DNA of 64,000 nucleotides from contig OX597819.1 of NCBI GenBank assembly GCA_951406725.2, positions 97,526,001-97,590,000 of the forward strand, in the 5' to 3' direction. Source of the stretch: Octopus vulgaris (taxonomy: Eukaryota). The notes under the pieces are model-generated. The model was given only the letters and a program-made list of their open reading frames with translations, made no database searches and was not told the origin of the DNA. The position numbers were made by a program, and so were the translations under genes. Positions 28,520 to 41,380 of the stretch are shown here, piece by piece (the first letter of the stretch is position 1; each line of letters begins with the position of its first letter).

Positions 28520-28905
28520 GATTGTCAGATAATTTCTGTGACAACATCAACCCTAACATCTGGCCACTTAGCTCCTCAGACAATACCTCACTTGATTATT
28601 ATGTGTGGGGCGCAGTTGAGCGAGAGACCAACAAAACTCCTTGTAACACCAAAGATGAACTGAAGGCAAGAATAATGGCAGCATTCACCCACTTAAACAA
28701 GGAGACAGTCTAGAAGAGTTGCAGGAGATTCCAAACTCGTCTGGAGACTATGGTTGAAATTAATGGCGATTTTATTGAATAAATTTACTCTTTAGTATTT
28801 CCAGATATTTTTATGTAATTTTGGTAAATATATTTGTTAAAATGAGATATCAGCGTTATTTTCATGTTCGCGTAATTTAGACGACAGTTTATTCACCGCA
28901 CCCTG
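28520..28905 (+). mobile_element. Tc1/maT-like DNA transposon 3' fragment
   Basis: WPLSSSDNTSLDYYVWG (WPPxSPDLNPLDY-like), INGDFIE* end, right terminus ..CACCCTG|TA. Confidence 0.75.
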
Positions 28906-29339
28906 TATATACACCACACACACTTTCTAAGTTGGGTCTATTAATATAAATATTTATATATTTATACTTAAATATTCATCGTCTGAGAGCCCCCACCTTT
29001 TGCCTTCTCTCGTTATGCATGTATACATATTTTGTATTTAATACCGAAACTATTATATTTCATATATTTAATTTGTTTATCCGCATATTTGCCTCTATAT
29101 CCGTTCAACTTGATCCCTCTCATAGCCATTCTTCACCCAGTGGAATCGATCCTGTGTAAAGACATCGGAATCTACGTTTGAATCTTTTGAGCACCAAGTG
29201 TCTTCTATACTGAGAATCTCTGGATCTCATCTGTGAACTAATTATTCCGTTTTTGTATTTGGTTTGCAAGGTTCTCAATATGAACTCGTGTGTTGGCATA
29301 ATGGCCCTCAGAGATACAACAAGGACTGTGTGTGCGTGC

Positions 29340-29383
<44 letters not shown>

Positions 29384-29462
29384 CGCCATGTTGAATCGCT
29401 AGCTTCTGCACGCATTTTTTTCTCTCCTTGTTTCTCTCCGTGTTTCTTTTCTGTGTATCTTT

Positions 29463-29490
29463 CTGTTGAAGAGCGTAGGCTCGAAACGTA
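29463..29490 (+). ncRNA. Minimal hammerhead-like motif (Penelope-type)
   Basis: TCTTT-CTGTTGA-A-GAGC-GTAG-GCTC-GAAACGTA-AAAGA, with a possible stem I TCTTT/AAAGA. Confidence 0.4.
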
Positions 29491-29716
29491 AAAGACTTGT
29501 TTTATTTATATTCTTGAGCGCCATACTAATACAATTGTTTGTTTGTACTCCACCTGCCTTCGTCTTTTGTTTATTTTCATAAAGCTTCCCGTTATATATA
29601 TATATATTCACTCACTCCTTTCTGTACATCTGTATATCTGATATCCTTTTTAGACAAGTTTAAATTAAGTGTAGAATATGTAATTAAAGTTCATATTAGC
29701 TATCCCCTACAGTTTC

Positions 29717-29758
<42 letters not shown>

Positions 29759-29830
29759 CCCATAATAACCTTACAACGATGAAAATGCCAGGCAGCTAGA
29801 AGAAAATGCATATCAGAGCAAAATTTTTGT

Positions 29831-29924
29831 TGCCCGCAGAGGGACTCGAACCCCCGACCCTCAGATAACTTAACTGCTTCCTTTCATTAAAAGTCTGATG
29901 CTCTACCGACTGAGCTATGCAGGC
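29831..29924 (-). tRNA. tRNA-Lys(UUU), 21-nt intron (divergent type)
   Basis: Cloverleaf, anticodon TTT, intron ATGAAAGGAAGCAGTTAAGTT after position 37, U4.G69 and G50.U64 wobbles, T5 terminator. Confidence 0.9.
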
Positions 29925-30702
29925 TTCCGACCTTCCGCTTTAACTTTTAGACAAATGAAATATTTTGGACTCAGCTACACATTCCTTGTTAACTGAAACG
30001 ATTGTTGCATAGAGCTGTCATCTGATATCTTACGTCACCCCGTAGTGATTACTAATAATTCCTTCACATTTACTGCTGATATTTAATATAGTAATTCGTT
30101 CACTCATCAAGTCCCATCCTGGTAAAGTCATATTGGTCATTCAAAATGTATATACACTACTCTCTTTCAATTATAATCCTTTCTACTCTAGGCACAAGGC
30201 CCGACATTGACAAAGTTACACTGAGTCTTAAAAATTCCCTTCGGTCACGAATGACCAAGAAAGTTCCTCTCCGAGTCACAAGTCCGGGCAAGGTTGTTTG
30301 TCGAATACCAGTCAGTCCTTTCCACAACGCTGATGTTGTCCAAGAAAACGACAAAGGCCGATTCAGTTTGGCAACAGTAATGTCGCAAATTATTTCTACT
30401 GCTAAGTGAACTGGAGCAATATGAAATGAAGTGTCTTGCTCAGAAACACAACTCATAGTCCGGTCTAGGAATCGAACTTACAACATCACGATTGTAAGCC
30501 CAATGTTCTAACCACTGAGCCATGCATCTTCACAAAAAGGTCATCGTAAAGCCACAACGGAGAATCGAACTTTGTATCTCTCAAATTATCTTGAAAACAC
30601 CTAATAATTTATAAACATCTAATGTTAAAGTGGAAAAATTATCAGAACATTTTTCTATTCAGTTTTGCAAATATAGAATACTGTACGATTGACTATTTGT
30701 TT

Positions 30703-30813
<111 letters not shown>

Positions 30814-31030
30814 AACAACACACACACACACGCACGTGTATCTCCCTTTGCAGGATAGAGGACGCCGTGATGGTGTCAAGCCTATCTGGCGACGTTGATG
30901 TTCGCCTGGGGCTAAATGCAACAGTAACACCTCCACCACCCTGCCCTGTCCCTAGCCATATTCAGATGGCTTTAGTCCCTTATGTTATGGAGCAGTTACT
31001 GTCTATATCTCATTTAGAGAATTATTATTG

Positions 31031-31066
<36 letters not shown>

Positions 31067-31562
31067 ATAATTAAGGGTAAAATCAATTAGTTATTAATTA
31101 ATTTCACCAAGTATTTCTCAGTATGTAAAAACCATTCAAGGCGTATTCAAAATATTTCACGTGGATGGGAGGGGAAGGTACATAGATTCTTTACTTGCAC
31201 TGTTTGAATTCGCTGGCACTATCAATTCGGAGGTGTTCGTCTGAGGTGATTCATGTCGGATGAGTATGTTCATTATTTTTAGTGCTTTCAAATCCAAACA
31301 AGAAATGTTGAGCTGACGAAAGAAATGTCGAGTTTTAATTCGGCTAATCTAGAAACGTTGAACGTTCTCAAATAATCTTTGTACTTGTGATATTTTGTTG
31401 TTTTCCCTCCATGTCTACGTGAGTTATTTTTGAGGAAGCACTTTCAGGGAGATTCTTCTTAAAGTAGTAGAAATGGCTAAACAAAAATTTTTTTGGCTGC
31501 TATTTCTAAAAATTTCAGTATGTGGCAAAGTAAATTATTTTACTAAGCCCTTAATTATATAA

Positions 31563-31634
<72 letters not shown>

Positions 31635-31823
31635 AAAAGAAGAAAAAAGAAAAAAAAGACGTACAGAAGTTGATTATTCATAGAAATTTAAATTCATGCA
31701 GAGAAATTCCTGCATACAGCTGTTTCCACACCTAATCAATTGAATTATGGAAATGTAAATTCCAATCTTTGAAACCAGTTAATTGGATATTTCTTCATGG
31801 ACAACTTCCAAAAGAAACTTCGT

Positions 31824-31915
31824 CGCCTGCAGAGGGACTTGAACCCGCGACCCTCAGATTTTATCACTCGAGAGTTCTTAAAAGTCTGATGCTCTACCGA
31901 CTGAGCTATGCGGGC
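31824..31915 (-). tRNA. tRNA-Lys(UUU), 19-nt intron
   Basis: Intron AGAACTCTCGAGTGATAAA (G at -3 lost); C4:A69 mismatch. Confidence 0.7.
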
Positions 31916-32340
31916 TTCAACCGCTAGATTTAACTTTTAGACAAATGAAATATAATGGACTTAGCTACACATTCCTTGTTGAAGGAAACGATTGTTGTAT
32001 AAAGCTGTCATCTGATATCTTATGTTACCCCTTAGTGGTTTCTAATAACTCCTTCAAATTTACTACTGATATTTAATATAGTAATTCGTTCATTCATCAA
32101 GTCCCATACTGGTAAAGTCATATTGATCATTCAAAATGTATATACACTATTCTCTTTCAATTATAATCTTTTCTACTCTAGGCACAAGGCCCGACATTTT
32201 TGTGGAGGGTGCCAGTCGAATAGATCGACCCCAGAGCGCATGTGGTATAATATAGCACTGTACCTATGCCTGTGTTTAGCCCCTTGTGGGTAATAAAGAA
32301 ATAGGTATAATATAGCCCTCATCTGTTTCAGTTGCATCAC

Positions 32341-32580
32341 GAAAACTATGTTATGAAGTATTTTTCCATATTTCTCCTGAAGGAGGTGTCATTTTTTGGA
32401 CATTTGTAAAAGGGAAAGATCTTAAATTTTCCTTCTCCACATGTATCTGGGTATTTACTCAGTGAAACACCTAGATACATGTGGAGAAGGAAAATTTAAG
32501 ATCTTTCCCTTCTACAAATGTCTAAAGAATGACACCTCCTTCAGGAGAAATATGGAACAATACTTCATAACAAAGTTCTC
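32341..32580. repeat. 240-bp palindrome, loop orientation A
   Basis: About 116-bp inverted arms around ACTCAGTG. Confidence 0.95.
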
Positions 32581-32659
32581 CACCAAATTGAATGGCTGAA
32601 AATATTTCTATAATATTTTGTACTAGATGAAGGACGAAATTTGTAAAGTAAGTTGTATT

Positions 32660-32704
<45 letters not shown>

Positions 32705-32926
32705 CATGCACACAAACAGTACTACACATATGTACATATAAATAAATAAAAACACTCTTTCATCCAGATTCTCCAACCCATATCAGCACAGGTATCAAAC
32801 ATTGGATTGAAAGACTCACCAGTTGCAAAAATGTAAACACATTTTTTTCTTCTTTCCCTCCTCCTCCTCCTTCCTTTCATTCCCTTTCCCATTTGACACA
32901 CCTTTCAGATACACAGACACGCACAC

Positions 32927-32993
<67 letters not shown>

Positions 32994-33516
32994 CTCTCTC
33001 TCACACAAGACAATGATAAAAAAAGAAATCAAGACAATTTTTTGAAAAGTGACATTTTGCTCCCCTTGGAGTGACCAGCTGGGTGTGCCATTTCTAAAAG
33101 CCAATAATCACTTACCATTGAAAGACTGACCAGCTGCAAAGATATCAGCAAATATTTTTCTTCTTTCTCTCCTTATTCTTCCTTTCCTTCTCTTTTCTTT
33201 AAAACTTCTTTAAGATACAAAAACACACACGATCTCTCTCTCTCACTTTCTCCCCATTCTTCACCCTCTTGTAGTATCTTAAAATCTCTCCCCGCCCCTA
33301 CACACTCAATAATACTATAAAAGGAGACAAAATTCCTGCAAAAGTTCAATTTGAAAACTCCACTAGAGTGGACCAAAGCGCTTTTATATGATATATGATT
33401 CATAAAAAATGTAACATACTTATAAATATCTGTAAATATAAAACCATCCAGCAAATATAAAACCAACCAGTCAATTGGGCATTTTCTTCTTGGACAATTT
33501 CCAAAAGAAAAATCGT

Positions 33517-33608
33517 CGCCCGCAGAGGGACTTGAACCCGCGACCCTCAGATTTCATTACACGGCAGTTCTTAAAAGTCTGATGCTCTACCGACTGAGCT
33601 ATGCGGGC
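33517..33608 (-). tRNA. tRNA-Lys(UUU), 19-nt intron
   Basis: GCCCGCATAGCTCAGTCGGTAGAGCATCAGACTTTTA-[AGAACTGCCGTGTAATGAA]-ATCTGAGGGTCGCGGGTTCAAGTCCCTCTGCGGGCG, T5 terminator. Confidence 0.9.
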
Positions 33609-33664
33609 TGACATGCGATTCACCCAAAATTTAGATAGATTAAATCTTTTGAACTTAGCTAATA

Positions 33665-33909
33665 CTAGCAGTATCGCCCGGCGTTGCTCGGGTTTGTAAG
33701 GGAAATAATTATAAAGCATTTTTAGAGAGTTATAGCCAAAAAATGGGAAAAAATGATGGTAAATTTTTTTCTTAGTTAAAAAGGTCGAGTTGCGTCCCCT
33801 AGACGGTCTGTGGTTTAGAATCGGTTGAAAGCCGTGGTCAGAGTGAGGGTACGAGAAAACAGACACACAGAAACACGCACAGACAAACTGCCGTTTATAT
33901 AGAGAGAGA
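33665..33909 (-). mobile_element. Non-autonomous Helitron (245 bp)
   Basis: 5'-TC, 3' hairpin CCCGAGCAACGCCGGG plus CTAG, inserted at A|T without TSD; empty site ctaata|tatacctacg at 46791-46806. Confidence 0.92.
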
Positions 33910-34034
33910 TATACCTACGTACATACATACACACAAGCATACATACATATATACATACATACATGCATACATACATACATACATACATACATACATACAT
34001 ACATACATACATACACAAACAATACTCAGATGAA

Positions 34035-34070
34035 ATCTGAGGGTCGCGGGTTCAAATCCTTCTGGGGGCA
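34035..34070 (+). pseudogene. Inverted tRNA-Lys 3' half
   Basis: ATCTGAGGGTCGCGGGTTCAAATCC.. preceded by the intron end ATGAA; no 5' exon. Confidence 0.85.
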
Positions 34071-34206
34071 ACGAGTTTTCTTTTGGAAATTGGTCCAGAA
34101 GAAATAACCAATTGACAGGTTTCAAACAAGGAGGGGCCCAGTCGAATAGATCGACTCTAGTACGCAGGTGGTTTAATATAGCCATCAGTTATTTCAGTTG
34201 CAACAC

Positions 34207-34446
34207 GAGAACTATGTTATGAAGTATTTTTCCATATTTCTCCTGAAGGAGGTGTCATTCTTTGGACATTTGTAGAAGGGAAAGATCTTAAATTTTCCTT
34301 CTCCACATGTATCTGGGTATTTACTCAGCGAAACACCTAGAAACATGTGGAGAAGGAAAATTTAAGATCTTTCCCTTCTACAAATGTCCAAAGAATGACA
34401 CCTCCTTCAGGAGAAATATGGAACAATACTTCATAACATAGTTCTC
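34207..34446. repeat. 240-bp palindrome, loop orientation A
   Basis: GAGAACT..AGTTCTC arms. Confidence 0.95.
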
Positions 34447-34525
34447 CACCAAATTAAATGACTGAAAATATTTCTATAATAATTTGTACTAGATGAAGGA
34501 CCAATTTTGTAAAGTAAATTGTATT

Positions 34526-34614
<89 letters not shown>

Positions 34615-34843
34615 TACACACAAACAGTACTACACATATGTACATATGCATAAAGAAAATCACTCTTTCATCCAGGTTCCCCAACCCATATCAGCACAGG
34701 TATCAAACATTGGATTGAAAGACTCACCAGTTGCAAAAATGTAAACACATTTTTTTTTCTTTCCCTCCTCCTCCTTCCTTTCATTCCCCTTTCCCATTTG
34801 ACACACTTTTCAGATACACAGACACCCACACACACGCGCACAT

Positions 34844-34909
<66 letters not shown>

Positions 34910-34914
34910 GCGCA

Positions 34915-34949
<35 letters not shown>

Positions 34950-35484
34950 AAGACAATGATAAAAAAGAAATCCAGATAATTATTTGAAAAGTGACATTTT
35001 GCTCCCCTTGGAGTGACCAGCAGGGTTTGCCATTTCTAAAAACCAAGAATCACTTACCATTGAAAGACTGACCAGCTGCAAAGATATCAGCAAATTTTTT
35101 CTTCTTTGTCTCCTTCTTCTTCCTTTCCTTCTCTTTTTCTTTAACACCTCTTTAAGATACAAAAACACACACGATCTCTCTCTCTCACTTTCTCCTCATT
35201 CTTCACCCTCTTGTAGTATCTTATATCTTTCCCCGCCCCTACACACTCAATAATACTATAAAAGGAGACAAAATTCCTGCAAAAGTTCAATTTGAAAACT
35301 CCACTAGAGTGGACGAAAGCGCTCTTATATGATATATGATTCATAAAAAATGTAACATACTAATAAATATCTATAAATATAAACATACTAATAAATATCT
35401 GTAAATATAAAACCATCCAGCAAATATAAAACCAACTAGTCAATTGGACATTTCTTCCGGGACAATTTCCAAAAGAAAAGTCAT

Positions 35485-35576
35485 CGCCCGCAGAGGGACT
35501 TGAACCCGCGACCCTCAGATTTCATAACACGGCAGTTCTTAAAAGTCTGATGCTCTACCGACTGAGCTATGCGGGC
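35485..35576 (-). tRNA. tRNA-Lys(UUU), 19-nt intron
   Basis: Consensus exons; intron core GCCGTG. Confidence 0.9.
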
Positions 35577-36103
35577 TGACACGCCATTCAACGAAAATTT
35601 AGATAGATTAAATCTTTTGAACTTAGCTACTATATACATACGTGCATACATACATAAATACATACATGATAATTTAAGAGGAGCCATTGTGTGTGATTTT
35701 TGATGGCGGAAATGGATCTAGTACCATGTAAATGTATGTTTCTTTATAGATGAAAACTGTCGTCGGAGATCTATACTCATGCTTCAGAGAATTACCTGGG
35801 CCGTCAGTTAATTTACATGAGACAATTATTAAATTTTACTTGTTTCAGTCATTAGACTGTGGCCGAAGATGATGACATAGCGTGGTAGGAATAAAAGAGC
35901 AAAAGACTGAATGCTAATGGAAATAGAAGAGCGTAAAAATATTTCGAAAGACCGGAAGGACATTGCCAAGCTGGAAAACGTGATGGGCAGCAAGAAAGTA
36001 TTGAGCAAAAAGGGAAAACAATTGTAACAGTTGCCGGGTGAAAATGTGTTCGACTAAGAAAAAGAAAAAAATAAAGGAAATGGTATTGCATGAAAAAATT
36101 TGC

Positions 36104-36195
36104 CGCCCGCAGAGGGACTTGAACCAGCGACCCTCAGATTTCATAACTGGACAGTTCTTAAAAGTCTGATGCTCTACCGACTGAGCTATGCGGGT
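36104..36195 (-). pseudogene. tRNA-Lys(UUU) probable pseudogene
   Basis: A1:C72 and extra T-stem U51:C63 mismatches; intron core GTCCAG. Confidence 0.7.
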
Positions 36196-36709
36196 TTCCT
36201 ACCGCCCAGTTTAACTTTTACACAAATGAAATATGGACTTAGCTACACATTCCTTGTTAACTGAATCGATTGCTGCATAAAGCTGTCATCTGATGTCTTA
36301 TGTCACCCCGTAGTGATTACTAATAATTTCTTCACATTTACTACTGATATCTAACATAGTAATTCATTCACTCATCAAGTCCCATCGTGGTAAAGTCATA
36401 TTGGTCATTCAAAATGTATATACACTACTCACTTTCAATTATAATCTTTTCTACTCTAGGCACAAGGCCCGACATTTTTGTGGAGGGGCCAGTCGAATAG
36501 TTCGACCCCAGTGCGCAGGTGGTATAATATAGATAGAAAGAAGATAGAAAAAAATGAAGTACAGAAGTTATTTATCGAAAGATATTCGAATTCCAGCTTA
36601 CTCTTGTTTCCTAACACCTAATGAATTGAATTCAAGAAATTTAAGTTCTCATATCTGAAACCAGTTAATTGGGTATTTCTTCAAGGTCATTTTCGAAAAG
36701 AGAAGTCGT

Positions 36710-36800
36710 CGCCCACAGATGGACTTAAACCTGCGTCCCTCAGATTTCATCACTCGAAATGCTTAAATGTCTGATGCTCTACCGACTGAGCTATGCGGGC
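36710..36800 (-). pseudogene. tRNA-Lys(UUU) pseudogene
   Basis: U33A, damaged B-box and T-stem, 18-nt intron. Confidence 0.85.
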
Positions 36801-37193
36801 TGACAACTGTTTCAGCGAAAAGTTAGATAGATTAAATCTTTTAAACCTACCTACTATATACGTACGTACATATATACAAACATACATACAATACTACTTG
36901 CAATGGTTACAGTTCCATTACACAATCTCATTAAATTTTACTTGTTTCAGTCATTAGACTGTGGCCGAAGATGATGACATAGTGTGGTAGGAATAAAAGA
37001 GCAAAAGACTGAATGCTAATGGAAATAGAAGAGCCTAAAAATATTTCGAAAGACCGGAATGACGTTGCCAAGCTGGAAAATGTGATGGGCAGCAAGAAAA
37101 GATTGAGGAAAAAAGGAAAAAATTGTAAGAGTAGCAGGGCGAAAATGTGCTCGACTACGAGAAAAAAAAATGGTATTGCAAGTAAAATCATGT

Positions 37194-37285
37194 CGCCCGC
37201 AGAGGGACTTGAACCAGCGACCCTCAGATTTCATAACTCGGCAGTTCTTAAAAGTCTGATGCTCTACCGACTGAGCTATGCGGGC
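37194..37285 (-). tRNA. tRNA-Lys(UUU), 19-nt intron (weak T-stem)
   Basis: U51:C63 extra mismatch; intron core GCCGAG. Confidence 0.65.
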
Positions 37286-37727
37286 TTCCGACTGCCCGCT
37301 TTAACTTTTAGACAAATGAAATATTATGGACTTAGCTATACATTCCTTGTTAACTGAAACAATTGCTGTATAAAGCTGTCATCTGATGTCTTATGTCACC
37401 CCGTAGTGATTACTAATAATTCCTTCACATTTACTACTGATGTTTAATGTAGTAATTCGTTCACTCATCAAGTCCCATCCTGTTAAAGTCATATTGGTCA
37501 TTAAAAATGTATATACACTACTCTCTTTCAGTTATAATCTTTTCTACTTTAGGCACAAGGCCCGACATTTTTGTGGAAGGTGCCAGTCGAATAGATCGAC
37601 CCCAGTACGCAGGTGGTATAATATAGCACTGTACCTATGCCTGTGTGTACCTATGCCTGTACCTATGCCCTTGTGGGTAATAAAGAAATATGTATAATAT
37701 AGCCCTCATCTGTTTCAGTTGCATTAC

Positions 37728-37967
37728 GGGAAGTATGTTTTGAAGTATTTTTCCATATTTCTCCTGAAGGAGGTGTCATTCTTTGGACATTTGTAGAAGG
37801 GAAAGATCTTAAATTTTCCTTCTCCACATGTATCTGGGTGTTTCACTGAGTAAATACCCAGATACATGTGGAAAAGGAAAATTTAAGATCTTTCCCTTCT
37901 ACAAATGTCCAAAGAATGACACCTCTTTCAGGAGAAATATGGAAAAATACTTCATAGCAAAGTTCTC
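37728..37967. repeat. 240-bp palindrome, loop orientation B (inverted)
   Basis: Centre reads GTGTTTCACTGAGTAAATAC. Confidence 0.95.
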
Positions 37968-38046
37968 CACCAAATTAAATGGCTGAAAATATTTCTATAA
38001 TATTTTGTACTAGATGAAGAAACAATTTTGTAAAGTAAATTGTATT

Positions 38047-38109
<63 letters not shown>

Positions 38110-38609
38110 CTCTCTCACAAGACAATGATAAAAAAGAAATCCAGACAATTTTTTGAAAAGGGACATTTTGCTCCCCTTGGAGTGACTAGCTGGGTTTGCC
38201 ATTTCTAAAAGCCAAGAATCACTTACCATTGAAAGACTGACCAGCTGCAAAGATATCAGTAAATTTTTTCTTCTTTCTCTCCTTCTTCTTCTTTTCCTTC
38301 TCTTTTTCTTTAACATTCCTTTAAGATACAAAAACACACACGATCTCTCTCTCCTCTCTCTCACTTTCTCCCCATTCTTCACTCTCTTGTAGTATCTTAT
38401 ATCTCTCCCCGCCCCTACACACTCAATAATACTATAAAAGGAGACAAAATTCCTGCAAAAGTTCAATTTGAAAACTCCACTAGAGTGGACGAAAGCGCTT
38501 TTATATGATACTAGCAGAATTGCCCGGCGTTGCTCGGGGCTGAATTGCTTGAAAGTACTGTTAATGATTGCACTGAATTATGATGATTATTCATGCAAAT
38601 ATTGATAAA

Positions 38610-39120
38610 ATTTTACGGTGGGCGATAAGGACTTAACGATCAAACGTGTGCCATTGCATTGTTTTGGGGGAACCAAATTTCTGATGAGCATTATAGGGGC
38701 ACCAACGTTAAGTTTGAGAAAGTGTGGTGGTAGTCCGGGGTGCTCAAAGGAATTGAGTACCTCTATTGGATAGTTGATGACGTCCTCTGTGTGTCAGGAG
38801 TTGTATCGATAGACTGATATACATAGACTTCCCCAGGAATGAGTTTTAGCATTTCATCATTAATATGGTGAACAGTTTTATTCCTCGGGGCCAGTATAGC
38901 CTTTTTGCCAATCCAATCCATATTCTGATAATTAGCTTGTAGATCTGGGAACACTGCATCTCTGAGATCAGAAGGCGTCTTAACAACGGTACAAATGGAA
39001 TCGATGGCAATATTACCATTTTCATCCCCTGGTATTTTGCCTTCGCCAAGTGCAAGGAGGGTGTGAGGAAATGCTCTTGATGTGATATTACGTCGCATAT
39101 TGGTGTGAAGTTTGAGAGTT
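38610..39120 (-). pseudogene. Helitron Pif1-family helicase fragment
   Basis: LHTNMR..LLALGEG..AILAPRNKTVHHIN..YQSID, frameshift, then [41 protein letters not shown]. Confidence 0.9.
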
Positions 39121-39346
39121 ATTTCCCTCTATTAAAAAAATATGCATTAAAATGGAAAAAAATGATGGTAAATTATTTGTAAAATCGTAGACTCATCGTA
39201 GACGCGCGCTAATACCCAGAAGGGCTCGATATGAATGACGACTATAAGATACCCGGTTTTGGTTAAACTGCATCGCAAAATGTGGGAGTAGTTAGGAATC
39301 TAAATCGGAGTAGACAGACACACAACCTTTCTTTTATATATAAAGA

Positions 39347-39870
39347 TTTTCGTCCTAAAAAACTTTGTATGGATTGAATGGTTACCTCTATGGAAATATA
39401 TACACGCACATTATACATACATGTGTGTATAGATGAATATATAAATACATTTAAATATCTATATACACTTTTGGACGATCTTTCTGTTTCTTAGAGATAA
39501 CTTTAGATCTTATTTTCCTCCTAAAAACTTTGTATGGAGTGAATGGTTACCTCTATGGAAATATATACACACACGTTATACATACATGTGTGCATAGATG
39601 AATATATAAATACATTTATATATCTATATACACTTTTGGGCGATCTTTCTGCTACTTAGAGATAACTTTAGATCTTATATTCGTCCTAAATAACTTTGTA
39701 TGGAGTGAATGGTTACCTCTATGGAAATATATACACACACATTATACATACATCTGTGTATAGATGAATATATAAATACATTTAAATATCTATATACACT
39801 TTTGGGCGATCTTTCTGCTACTTGGATATACTTTAGATCTTATATTCGTCCTAAAAAACTTTGTATGAAT
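39347..39870. repeat. About 165-bp minisatellite x3 inside the Helitron
   Basis: Units start near 39351, 39517, 39682, 39847. Confidence 0.85.
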
Positions 39871-41087
39871 TGAAAAAGAAAATGAATTGAAATTTTTAAG
39901 AAAGGAATTTGTTTACATACATGTGTGAAATGGCAAATGTTTGTGCAGTTGTCCGAAATGGAACCAGGGTTAATGTGTGGAACTGATGTATTATAATGAA
40001 TAGTCCTTCTTGTTGTGAATATTAATTTGATTAATATGAACCGAAAACCAGTGGTGTAGCATATAAGACCATAGGTGATCTTCTAGCAAAAAGGATGACC
40101 AGTCTGACTGGCTCATCCCTGTCAAACACTCACACACACGCACACATACACACGCACCTTCACACACACACACACACGCACACACACACACTCACACACA
40201 CGCACACACACACGTTAGCTTACAATTTTATTTATATATTTGCGTGTCTATGTGTGTAAAGAGGAAGTGGGAGTAATATGCAGAGTAAAGGCTTTGAAGT
40301 GAAAGAGTGAAATGTTAGTTTTCTCGAATTTTTTCTGAAATGGGGGTGAAATTGAAAGAAATTTTGTATGCCATGACCGAATGGAAGTACTTTGAAAAAT
40401 CATAGGTAAACTCTAATTGAAGAAATTGTGTGAGGAGTAAATCGTTATGTATTTATTTGCTTCTGTTTGCTGTGTTTTTTTTTTGAGTAGTGATTTAAGG
40501 TACACTTGCAAAGAGAAAGTATGAGAAATTATGGTGATAGCATGAGTGAAGCAGTTCATCCGTTTTATATAAATACTTTCACTTTAATCGTTGCACACTT
40601 GCAAAAAGAAAGGAGGAGAAATTAGGGTGATAGCATGAGTGAAGCAGTTCGCTCCGTTTTTGTGTGTGTGTGTGTGCTGTAGCCCACACTAAGAAAAGCA
40701 CTTCACTTACACACCACAATGTGAGTTTTCTCGAAATTTTGCTTAATTGGGGGTGAAATTTGAAAAACTGTACCTGGCACGACCCGATGTATTCTACTCT
40801 TAAAAATGCTAGGTAAATTGTAATTGAAGAAATCCTATATTGTAGATTTCTATAAGAGACAAAGGGAGGCACATAAAATCTGCCTTTTATAATAAGAGAT
40901 AAGAGACAAAGGGAGGCAGATAAAATCTGCCTTTTATAATAAGAGATATGATTCATAAAAATTGTAACATACTAATAAATATCTGTAAATATAAAACAAT
41001 CCAGCAAATATAAAACCATTCCACAAATATAAAACCAACCAGTCAATTGGACATTTCTTCTGCGACAACATCCAAAAGAAAAATCGT

Positions 41088-41179
41088 CGCCCGCAGAGGG
41101 ACTTGGACCCGCGACCCTCAGATTTCATAACGCGGCAGTTCTTAAAAGTCTGATGCTCTACCGACTGAGCTATGCGGGC
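41088..41179 (-). tRNA. tRNA-Lys(UUU), 19-nt intron (U55C)
   Basis: B-box GGTCCAAGTCC; intron core GCCGCG. Confidence 0.6.
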
Positions 41180-41344
41180 TGACATGCGATTCAGCGAAAA
41201 TTTAGATAGATTAAATCTTTTGAACTTAGCTACTATATACAAACGTACAAACATACACCCAAACATACATACATATATACATACGTACATGCATACATTC
41301 ATACATACATACATACATACATACACAAACAATACTCAGATGAA

Positions 41345-41380
41345 ATCTGAGGGTCGCGGGTTCAAATCCCTCTGCAGGCG
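41345..41380 (+). pseudogene. Inverted tRNA-Lys 3' half
   Basis: 3' exon only, B-box intact. Confidence 0.85.

Larger units (their letters stand above)
38511..40946 (-). mobile_element. Composite Helitron (2436 bp) with Pif1 helicase fragment
   Basis: 5'-TC, 3' hairpin plus CTAG, A|T insertion; empty site ttatatgata|tatgattcat in other array units. Confidence 0.93.

Noticed and set aside
33359-33400. Short palindromes TCCACT-AG-AGTGGA and AAAGCGCTTT repeated in the units
   Set aside because: Too short, and their recurrence follows from unit duplication
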